From NCBI RefSeq assembly GCF_006345805.1, contig NC_042997.1:19592001-19656000 (forward strand): DNA of 64,000 nt, in the 5' to 3' direction. Shown one piece after another: positions 52,362-62,689 of the stretch. Under the pieces are notes generated by a model that saw nothing but the letters and a program-made list of their open reading frames with translations, searched no databases and had not been told where the DNA came from. The stretch's first letter is position 1; each line of letters opens with the position of its first letter. The position numbers and the translations under genes are program-made. This DNA comes from Octopus sinensis. Lineage: Eukaryota.

Positions 52362-53200
52362 AAAGCATACCGGTTTCATAAAATTACTAATAATTGCTTT
52401 GAATGCACACTGATTATTGAATGGTGTCAGGTCTACTAGTCCCTGAGTAAAAAGATTATGGGTAAGGGAGGTAAGTAGTTCTAGCTTTGGGGCAATTAGG
52501 GTAGATATAGATCTGTAATGTGAATGGTGTATGGGATGTATGGGGGTTAGTGGTATTAATTGAAAGCTTAGTAGTGTTCTGTATTATGTTTGATGTAAGT
52601 TACCTCTTTATTCATTCTTTGTTGTACTGAGGTGTTCTGTGAACATTGATAGAAGGGGAAAATTAGGAAATTAGGATTAAGATTCTTAGCACACCTTTCT
52701 ATGTGCTCACTAACCTGTATCTGTCTGTATTTGGTGGATTTGTTCTTTGTGGAGACTGGTTCTTCAATTGAGTGATATTCCTGTTTGGCCAATATAATTA
52801 TTACCACACCCGAAGCATGTCATGGCATAGATTAGATATTCCAAGGCACAGGTGAAACTTGATTTAATCTTAAATATTTTACCTTGCTTCAAGTGGAACT
52901 CTGAACCCTCCAAAAGGTGGGGGCATGTACCACAGTTAGGTCGACCACATTTTTTCACTTTTGGTTCTGTTGTTAATGGATATAGTCTTGTGCTGGTTAA
53001 TATTTTTTTTAATGAGTTAGGTTGCATTTTGCTTTTGATAATTTTGCGTGAGCCTAAAATTTTGATATTTGCAATATGATAGTTAAATGGATGCCAATAG
53101 AGTAAGATGGTGTAGGATAGAAACCTAAATATTTCCCAAGAGTTTTTTAAGCATATTGCACATATAACCTAGGCACCAAGATATTCAGAAAATACTTTAT
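52362..53200 (-). mobile_element. Penelope-like element 3' fragment: GIY-YIG endonuclease plus decayed terminal hammerhead
   Basis: ORFs 52764..53027 and 52568..52807 join across a frameshift: KCGRPNCGTC...FTCA...LIYAMTCFGCGNNYIGQTG...QVSEHIERC...FLIFPFYQ...RMNKE. This is the PLE CxxxxCxxC + GIY-YIG signature. Confidence 0.9.
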
Positions 53201-53955
53201 CTTCATTTTGTTTTCAATAAAATGCATGAATTTTCCCAACACTGAATTATATAATTTATACAAATATTGGATTGATGTTGCTGCAGTATGCATTCACAAT
53301 TGAATTGCCAAAAATCAAAACATAACAGAGTCTAGTAAACAAAAACACATTAACTAACATAAATCCAGCCAGCTTTACATTTGCACCTCCACCACAGAAT
53401 GAATTATATGTAGAAAAGGGAAACTTTCTGTTTCTTTTTCTCTATGATTACTACAATGTTCTTAGCTTCCAAATTGCTGTTTAAAGGGGAAAAGTGTTAC
53501 CTAAACTCAGGTGATATACTTGCTTGTTTTACTTCCATCATCTTATAAATAACATGATGATGATAGTCCCTTGTACTCCAAGAAAGATGGTTCTGAAATT
53601 TCTTGCTATACAATTGGCACAAATGATTGGTATATAATGATCATATGCATGTGCTGTACATTAGCCCACTCCCTCATTAAATCGATGTTGCCCGGACAGG
53701 TGCATAACGTATCACATCAGGTGTTGAAGTGACTGCAAAGGGATGTGAGATGAAATGTTTTGCTCGTGATTACAACACCCCCACCTGGTTCAAAAATTTA
53801 AACCACAATGTCACAATCATGAGTGCCACAGCATAATTACTATACCATGTGCCTTTGCAAGAATCTACATTCATTCTTTCTTCTCTGAAACTGCATTCCT
53901 TTTAAACTGCCACCCTCACTATATTTTGCTTCTCACAAAAACTTCAGAAGATATA

Positions 53956-54338
53956 GGGGTAGGAGTGGCTGTGTGGTAAGTAGCTTGCTTACAAACCACA
54001 TGGTTCCAGGTTCAGTCCCACTGCATGCCACCTTGGGCTAGTGTCTTCTACTATAACCTCAGGGCGACCAAAGCCTTGTGAGTGGATTTGGTAGACTGAA
54101 ACTGAAAGAAGCCCATCGTATATATGTATATGTGTGTATATGTTTGTGTGTCTGTGTCCTCCAACATTGCTTGACAACCAATGCTGGTGTGTTTACGTCC
54201 CCATAACTTAGCAGTTCGGCCAAAAAGACTGATAGCATAAATACTAGGCTTACAAAGAATAAGTCCTGGGGTCAATTTGCTTGACTGAAGGCGGTGCTCC
54301 AGCATGTCTACAGTCACATGACTGAACAAGTAAAAGAG
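53956..54338 (+). mobile_element. SINE family B, full length
   Basis: Head ggagtggctgtgtggtaagtagcttgcttacaaaccacatggttccaggttcagtcccactgc (A/B-box-like), internal TG repeat, tail gactgaacaagtaaaagag. Confidence 0.92.
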
Positions 54339-55262
54339 TTAATTATAAGCAATAAATGTGACTGAAATTAACTACTCTTCTTTGTCTTTATTGGTCTAAG
54401 AGGCTGGAAAGGTTTTATATATTTGCATCTTCAACACAGAGGAAATTATAAGCAGAAAAGGGATAACGATGTTTCACTGAAACTTAAGCCCCCTCCATTA
54501 TTGAAAATAATTTCCTTTTCCCCAGTTTCAGGAAAAAGTATAAAACAAAGAAAAAATAGAAAATAAAAGCATTTTAACTATAACTGAAAAATACTCCATA
54601 AAACATATTTGAGAGGATCCCTCCCTCCTTCCCCTCCTTTGTCTCTCTTCCTTTCTCTGACTCCACAATCTCTTTTGATTGAAGTTATAGTAAAAGATGA
54701 TGTAGGTTTAGCAATATTGGAAGAATCTGCTTACAGTTTTATGATACAATCGTGCCATCTCTTCTACTTTATGCATAAGGCAGCATATTCAATAAGATAT
54801 ATTACATAGAAGTGAAAGAGAAAAAAATTTATAATGCAAACAACCAGAAATTAAATTTTTAAAAATTGTTAAAGTGGAGAAACCATGAATTTGTTATGTC
54901 CAGAAAACAAAAACGAAGTTTCTTTTGTGTGTGTGCACGTGCATGCATGCATGTGTGTGTGTGTGCACGCACATATATGCATGTATGTGTGTGTGCACAT
55001 GCATGTGTGTGCTCTGCAACATAAGTTATCACAACTTTTTGACAAGATATATGATGAAGCAGATTTCATCATTCAGAGTTGAACAAGGGTATATACAGTA
55101 GTATATCATAATATATAGCTCAAATGAGAACACTTGTTCTAGTTAGTCTTAAGCTGTTTGTAAAGTAGTCTAGACTATTGAAAAGGTTGCAAGACACAAT
55201 GAAAATTTTAGGAAAATAAAAATAAGAAAAAAGTGGAAATTTTACCGGTGAGTGTGTTACAT

Positions 55263-55866
55263 TCATCATCATCTTCGTTTAGCGTCCGCTTTCCATGCTA
55301 GCATGGGTTGGACAGTTCAACTGGGGTCTGGGAAGCCATGAGGCCGCACCAGGCCCAGTCTGATCAGGCAATGTTTCTACGGCTGGGTGCCCTTCCTAAC
55401 ACCAACCACTCCGTGAGTGTAGTGGGTGCTTTTTATGTGCCACCGGCACAGGTGCCAGATGAGGCTGGCAAACAGCCACGATCTGATGGTGCTTTTTACA
55501 TGCCACTGGCATGGGGGCCAGGCGAGGCTGGCAATGGCCACAATCGGATGGTGCTTTTTATGTGCCACCAGCACAAGGCCAGTCGGGGCGGTGCTGGCAA
55601 CGGCCATGTTTGGATGGTTCTCTTACGTACCACCGGCACTGGTATCACAGCTGCAATTTCAATTGATGTTGATCGATTTCGATTTTCACTTGCCTCAACA
55701 GGTCTTCACAAGTAGAGTTTTGTGTACCAAGAAGGAAAGGTATGCATAAGTGGACTGGCTACATCCCGTGTAGAGGCCATGGGTTATAGTCTCACTTGTC
55801 CTGCCGGGTCTTCTCATGCACAGCATACTTCCAAAGGTCTCGGTCTCTAGTCATTTTCTCAGTGAG
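55263..55866 (-). mobile_element. Family C / RTE 3' UTR fragment with four ~60-bp subrepeats
   Basis: catcatcatcttcgtttagcgtccgctttccatgctagcatggg... with repeated ggtgctttttatgtgccacc.gcac...gaggctggcaa..gccac.atc.gat; the distal part matches 47680-47850. Confidence 0.9.
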
Positions 55867-56629
55867 ACATTATAAGGCACAAAAAGAAAATGACTTCCCC
55901 AGACACAACAGAATATGCTTCAACAAACGAAATCATATAAAGAATCTTGCAAACCAAATCCAAAAATGAAATGTTTGTAAAGAAGTTATAGTCAAAATAG
56001 ATTTCATCTGGAAAGCTAATTTATAAGAAATTAGCTTCATATGAATTAGTTTCCAGTAGAAGGTTTGTTTCAAATTAGTCTGACATTTCAAAAACTGGAA
56101 TTAAAAAGTCATCAAATTTTAGAAAATGATTTAAATGATAAACTCATATAGACTAATAAGTCTTACCTTAATTAAACCCACTCTTTATTTAAAATAATTC
56201 ATTGGAGTTAATTATTCAGAGATGTCATCCATACAAAAGTAATAGTTAAGTGAGCATTAGCATATTTAATATAATCAGCATCAAAAATCTAATTAGTAAT
56301 AATTATGCTGTGAGAGAGCAACATTACTTCAGTATCTACCAATGTGTACAAAGAAGTACAGAAGAGAATTTCAGACACATTTCTCACTTATTAGAATTTT
56401 ACAGTTAAGCGTAGGTTTCTCTGTACTAACCAAACTAACAACAAGTTGAATACTACATTCATATAACAATATTATACATGTTTCAGAAAAAATTAGTATG
56501 TTTAAAAAAAACAACAAAATACTGAATTTAATTAATGACACTTGTGTGCATAAAGTAAATAGTTTCAGGCATAGTTGCCTAGCTAAGAAGTTTACTTTGC
56601 ATTCATGAGGCACATCTGAGTAATTAACC

Positions 56630-57076
56630 CTTCTTTCTTCTTCTTTCTTTATGCTTTTAATCCTCCAACGTGGAGCATAGGCCATTTATAGTTGAATTCC
56701 ATGTAGCATAATTTTTGGCTTCTGCACTTATACTCTGCCATGAATGTCCCCCTTTCTCTAGTTCCTTTTGTGTTGATCTCTGCCACGAGTTCTTAGGCCT
56801 ACCTTTCCTTCTATATCCATCTGGTTTCCACTGTAAAGCACTTTTCGCTACATTTGGTGTGTCTTTTCTAATTGTGCTACCAATTCACTTCCACTTCTTC
56901 TTAAATATTTGCTCCCTAATCGAAACTTCATTTGTTCTTTGCCATAGCTCCATATTGCTTATGTGTTCAGGCCATCTAATTTTAAGTATACTACGCAAGC
57001 ATTTGTTGATGAATGACTGCATTTACTTATTTCACTTAACTGTTGTTCACCATCTCTCAGCCCCATACAATAACAC
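56630..57076 (-). mobile_element. RTE-clade LINE 3' end (second family)
   Basis: Single frame with a few stops: VLLYGAERW...MQSFINKCLRSILKIRWPEHISNMELWQRT...KKKWK*IG..IRK...ALQWKPDGYRRKGRPKNSWQR...; (AAG)-rich tail. Confidence 0.9.
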
Positions 57077-58117
57077 CTAATTAATCCTAATGTTATAAAT
57101 TTAAAAAATACAAATATTTCATGACAACTTATACACAGTACTGTACATCTAGTAAGTGAGTCTCTCATCAACAATTTCAGCAAAGGTAGTGAAGTATACA
57201 CTCCACATTAAACAGATGTCTTTTTCTCGCGACATAAGTATTTGTAATTAGATTTTTCATATTCAAAAATACATTAAAACTAATTTAGATAGTTTTTATC
57301 CTAATCCATGCATTTATTGCCTCTACATTTATTCAATTTTACCAATATAGATTTATTTATGTTACATAAATCGTTTTGTTCAGGCTAAAATAATGTTGAA
57401 GTAAACATCTCAACACCACCTGAAAGCCTCTACGTGATTGCTTTGCCCACAAAAGTTATCATGTAAAATATGTCCATCTTATCATACATTGAAGGCGAGT
57501 GCTTCATTGCAGCTTTAGCTGTAGTGGATAAGATAAATTAAAGCAAACACTAACATCTTAAAAAAAGGTGGTGTATTTACAACTAGATTATGTCTGAATA
57601 AAAAAACAGGATGCTCATGGTTGGAATTATTTTACCCATAAGATTACCTAATCAGAGCTAGCAATGAATCAAATAACAACAACTGGCATTAATTCATCAT
57701 TCAAGATTGCCGAAAATCTTAATTAAATTAGGTTTTGTTCTGACTGAAACAAAAAAGTAAATCAATTATTTTCAGTTATTATGTTTATTTAAACCTCATT
57801 GATTACACTAATCAATTACAACTGCTGTAGTAATTAATAGCAAGGCTATACAAAATCTGATTATATTAAAATGCTTCTTTTTATAATCTAAACAAAAATT
57901 AGTTGAGTAGCAGAAATTGTAAATCCAAAACTAAATGTCTCACCTTATTTAGTTTTGTTCATTTAGTGCTGGAGTTCAAATTTTGCTAAGTCAAGTTGAT
58001 GAAATAAGACTTTTACTGGATTTGGTTAAAAAGAACACTACCATAATAAACCAAGTTATTTAGTTGTTTTTGTTTTTGTTTTTTTTCTATCAGGCCAATG
58101 TAAAAAATATCATTATA

Positions 58118-59385
58118 TCAGGTCATTATGTCAAATGAAATGTCTGATTTTGATCAGAAAGTTTATTTTACTTTATCTCAACAAAGAGCAATGCAGTTAA
58201 TCAAAGTATACACTTAAATTATCAGCACAATTTTGCCACTTTCATTGGTAGCTTATTTATGCCAGCAGCAAAGAATTCTGGAGATGAAATCACATAAAGC
58301 TGTCTTTGTATCTTCTTCAGAGTTGAAGTTTTTTTCATAGCAAAATGTTATCTAATGCCTGGAAAACATGATAGTCAGTTGGTGCAAGGTGTGGTGAATA
58401 TGGTGGATGACAGAGTACTTCCAAGTTCAGTTCCTGTAACTTGTGTAGCGTTCTCTGAGCAACATGTGGTCAAGTATTGTGTTGCAAGAGAACTGGCCTG
58501 TCTCTGTTGATTAATCTTGGTTGTTTAATTGCAAGGTCACTCATCATTTCATCTAATTGGTTGATGTACACACCTACTGTAATTTATTTAACAAGTCTCA
58601 TAAAGCTTTAGTGGATGACACCAGTGCTGGACCACCAAACAGACACCATTAGCTTTTTTTGGTGAATATTCCTTCTTGAATTGTGTTTTGGCACTTCGTC
58701 ACTATCTAACCATCATGCAGAATGCTTGCTATTGTTGAAAAGAATCCATTCTTCATCACATGTAACGATATGATGCAAAAATAATGGTTCACTTTTATGC
58801 CATGACAGCAAAGAACAGCAAGTTTCAAGACGACGTGTCATTTGAGGTTCATTCAGTTCATATGGTACCCATTTGTCCAGCTTCTTTACCTTGCCAATTT
58901 GTTTCCGATGGTCCAATACAGTTAGAATCAAAACATCAAACCTTGCTGCTAACTCATGCATAGTTTGAGATGTATCTGCTTCCACTACAGTTTCCAGCTC
59001 GTCATTATCCACCTTGGTCTCAGATCTACCATGGGGTTGATTTTCAAGAGTAAAGTTACCAGACTGGAACATCTCAAACCATCAATGTACAGTGCACTCA
59101 TTTGCTATATCTTCACCAAACACTTCATTGATGTTTTGAGCTGTCTGGGATGTATTGGTTCCATGATGGAACTCATATTCATAAACACGAATGTTTTATC
59201 TATCCATGGATTCTAAAAATTTGATTTACAAGAGAAAACTCACAATATAATCAGACACCATGAATTTCATTTTGAAAAGTGATGACATAATTCTTCAATG
59301 TTGTAAAACATAGAATTGTCAGGATAAAAAACAACTCTCAAAATTGGTGCTTAAGAAAATTGGACATTTCATCTTAATAACCTGA
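58118..59385 (-). mobile_element. Full-length-sized (1268 bp) decayed mariner element
   Basis: TA|tcaggtcatta...atgaaatgtctgatttt and aaaattggacatttcatcttaataacctga|TA TIRs. ORF 58713..59072 has GKVKKLDKWVPYEL and HHIVTCDEEWILF. A frameshifted HPPYSP-like motif lies near 58400. Confidence 0.93.
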
Positions 59386-59622
59386 TATTATTTCACACAT
59401 AAATGCATGATGTAAATACAGTGACTTGACATACAGACACAAACATTATTTTCATATCAATATCTATATCTATACGTTATATATATTATAATAATGATAA
59501 TAATAATAATATAATAATAATAATATAATAATAATAATAATAATAATAGGGAGTATAACTCCAAACTTACAGGGAAAAATTCAATTTAGTATTAAATCAA
59601 ATTTCACTATATAAATATATAA

Positions 59623-59853
59623 TATATATAAATTAGAGAAAAACCACTATTATGTAATTCAAACAATGATAGACATAAACCAAATCATAAATAACATATA
59701 AAATATATTATAAAACTTATAACTAGAACACAAAAAGTACAAAAAAATGAAAACAATATATGCTTTATAATATATTTTATAATATATTTTTTTTCTTTAT
59801 GATTTGGTTTATGTCTATCATTGTTTGAATTACATAATAATAGTTTTTCTCTA

Positions 59854-59868
<15 letters not shown>
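59623..59868. repeat. AT-rich inverted repeat (arms about 59623-59714 / 59764-59868)
   Basis: aattagagaaaaaccactattatgtaattcaaacaatgatagacataaaccaaatcataaa pairs with 59796-59856 with 2 mismatches; an inner 18-bp extension is also paired. Confidence 0.9.
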
Positions 59869-59893
<25 letters not shown>

Positions 59894-59921
59894 GCACACA
59901 CACATGTGTGTGTATGTGTGT

Positions 59922-60437
59922 TTATGCCTCTCACATGTGGTGGGGAGGTTATCTCCCTTGTTAGTAAATAGAATGTGCTTCTGTGGCTAGAATGTCTTTG
60001 ACTCATATTTCAAACAATGCTAGTGCTGCTTTTGTCACTTTTTTGTGATGGGGAATTATTTCCTATTTGGATTTGAATTACATCTAGCCACCTTAATTGT
60101 TTTATAGTTTTCACATCTTTTGCAGAATCAGCCACTGATTTCTGTGGTGAATTTTCTAAGTACTGACAAGGTAAATTTAACTTCACAACCTGCAATGGAG
60201 TAAGCATTGCTGATGAGCATTAATTTCTTTGTGAAATTGGCATACCAATCTAATGCCACTCACTTGCAGTGGGGGAGGTTATCTCCCTAGTCATAAATTG
60301 CTTCTGTGGCTAAAGAGTCTATGACACTTATTTCTAGCAATGCTAGTGCTCCTTGCACCCTTTGCCACTTTTTAGTCATTGAAAGTTATTTCCTTTTTGG
60401 TTTTTGAATTTCATCTGGCCACCTTAATTACTTTATA
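59922..60437 (+). mobile_element. Retrozyme-like / PLE-related head-to-tail repeat (1.6 units, period ~329 bp) with a junctional hammerhead
   Basis: 59922-60106 aligns to 60251-60437 (about 70-75% identity by eye). Unit 1 starts at the position equivalent to the HHR cleavage site. Confidence 0.7.
60190..60269 (+). ncRNA. Type I hammerhead ribozyme, near canonical
   Basis: GCATTG-CTGATGA(60210-16)-GCA..TGT stem II-GAAA(60233-36)-TTGG cata CCAA-TC, cleavage after 60250, then TAATGC. Stem I extends via GAGT/ACTC and CTGCAA/TTGCAG. Confidence 0.85.
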
Positions 60438-60439
60438 TA

Positions 60440-60480
<41 letters not shown>

Positions 60481-60481
60481 T

Positions 60482-61007
60482 TTTAAGTACATAATTATAA
60501 AAATATAAATATAATTAAGGGCACTGAAATCCCAGCACCTACACACTAACAGTAGATGTCAAATACCTACAATCCACTCTAAATTTGTTCTCTGTTTATA
60601 ACCCAAGGTCAAATGCCATGACTATATTTACCCCATGTAATTTCTGACATTAACAACATGGCTGAGATGGGCGATTAGATGTAATGTATAGGCGGGAAAT
60701 GCACGTATATTGGTATCTGTATGCAAAAATTTATCGGTATGTATATGTATTTTTGCTTATATATTGTCAGTTTATCTCTACTGAGGAGTGCGAAGTAATC
60801 CTTATTATAGAGCACGAAACCTTAACATATAGGATTATTTGAAATTTGTAAATCTTCATGCTCATTACCTCACATTTGGCCTTGACTTATAAATAGAGAA
60901 CGAATTTAGAGTGGATTGCAGGTATTTGACATCTACTTCTAGCATATAGGTGCTGACATTCTAGCACCCTTGATTATAATCATATTTTTATAATTATATA
61001 CTTTAAA
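60482..61007. repeat. Inverted repeat, ~134-bp arms (60482-60615 / 60873-61007, about 80% identity), spacer holds a hammerhead-like half
   Basis: agtagatgtcaaatacctacaatccactctaaatttgttctct pairs with agagaacgaatttagagtggattgcaggtatttgacatctact. The spacer contains CTGAGGA-GTGC..GCAC-GAAAC (60781-60820). Confidence 0.85.
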
Positions 61008-61105
61008 TTAATTTTACCAATATGGTTGTTTTTTATATGCTAGCCACTGACTGATATAATCATTTTAATGATTGTATCCTCAATTTATAAATATATATAT
61101 ATATA

Positions 61106-61222
61106 TATACAATAATATGTTACATTACTCGGTAGTCAAGATAAAACTCTGAGTTTCAGATGCCGAAGTGGAAACTCAGAGTTTTATCTTGACTACCGAG
61201 TAATGTAACATATTATTGTATA
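61106..61222. repeat. Perfect 52-bp hairpin with 13-nt loop
   Basis: Arms 61106-61157 and 61171-61222 have no mismatches; loop is agatgccgaagtg. Confidence 0.97.
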
Positions 61223-61339
61223 GATAAATTTCCTCTATTTACATAATATTGAGGTCTCTTTCTTTCTTTTGTTATCTTACCGTTTTACCAATATATATAT
61301 ATATATATATTTACATACCTACATACATACATACAAACA

Positions 61340-61505
61340 CACACCTACACATTCTTCTATCAGTTTCTTGTTACTAAATTCATTCACATGGCTTTTGTTT
61401 CAGCTATAGCTAGATCTATAGTAGAAAACACTTGCCCAAGGTTGCCATGAAGTGGGACTGAACCCAAAATCAAATGGCTAGGAAACAAACTTCTTAGCCC
61501 CACAA
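61340..61505 (-). mobile_element. SINE family B, 5' half
   Basis: agtagaaaacacttgcccaaggttgccatgaagtgggactgaaccc... is the reverse complement of the family B head. Confidence 0.75.
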
Positions 61506-61837
61506 CCATTTTTGAAACTTTAATTTATCAACAGAAATTCACTTTTGTACCATGGGGGATATAGTTTGAAGGAATTAAACCTTTTAGTCAGTTCATAATT
61601 ATTTTGAAAAGTTCCAAGCAGTTAAAGGTAAACTCATACACATGCACACAAGTACATTCATATACAGGACTGTCACTGGACTTTTGGTGCCTGGGGGCAC
61701 TTCAGAATATACTGGGTTGGCACTAATTTGTATTGCAAGAAGATTTTTTAAACTGTATTTTCTAAATCTGAGGTTGCACCATTGAAGAGTGATGGGACAG
61801 TGCCTTCCAGTGCGCCCCCTTACAAACAGGCACATTC

Positions 61838-61868
<31 letters not shown>

Positions 61869-61971
61869 TGTATGTATGTATCTGTATGTGAATGTGTAGA
61901 TGTATTTATCTTTGTGTGTGTGTAAAATATATATATATATATTATATTTATCATTGTGTGTGTATATAATA

Positions 61972-62020
<49 letters not shown>

Positions 62021-62023
<3 letters not shown>

Positions 62024-62190
62024 GGTGCAAGCATGGTTGTGTGGTAAGATATTTGCTTCCCAACCATATGATTTCAGGTTCACTCCCACATCCCACTGTG
62101 TGACAGTTTGAGCAAGTGTCTTCTATCATAACCCCAGGCCAACCAAAGCCTTATAAATGGAGTTAGTAGACAGAAACTGAAAGAAGCCTA
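62021..62190 (+). mobile_element. SINE family B, 5' half (followed by an expanded internal microsatellite)
   Basis: ggtgcaagcatggttgtgtggtaagatatttgcttcccaacc...gacagaaactgaaagaagcc. Confidence 0.85.
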
Positions 62191-62231
62191 TGTGTATGTA
62201 CATCTGAACGTATGTGTATATGTGTATATCC

Positions 62232-62289
<58 letters not shown>

Positions 62290-62689
62290 ATGTGTATATA
62301 TATATCACATATATATATATATACATGTATGTATGTGTATATATATATTCACACACACACACCGCACGTACATACTTCACACACACACATGCAAACATAC
62401 ATGTAGGCACATACATACATACATACCTACACATGCACACCCTTACACTGAATGCACACACACATACACCTTTTTGCATCCAGGCAGCCCCCCCTCTTTT
62501 CTGCTTTCCGGTTTTGGCTGATGGATCCTCGTTTCCTGCGTAGCGGGGTGTTCGAGGGCCTTTGCGCTCGCGCGCCTTGGCGCGCGCTGGGGGCTTGGTC
62601 GGCCCCTTGGGCTTGCGTTGTACTGCTTGTGCGTTGTGTGCGTGGGCGCGCTTCGTCTGTGTGGGCTTGCTTCGGATGTGCGCGTGCGT

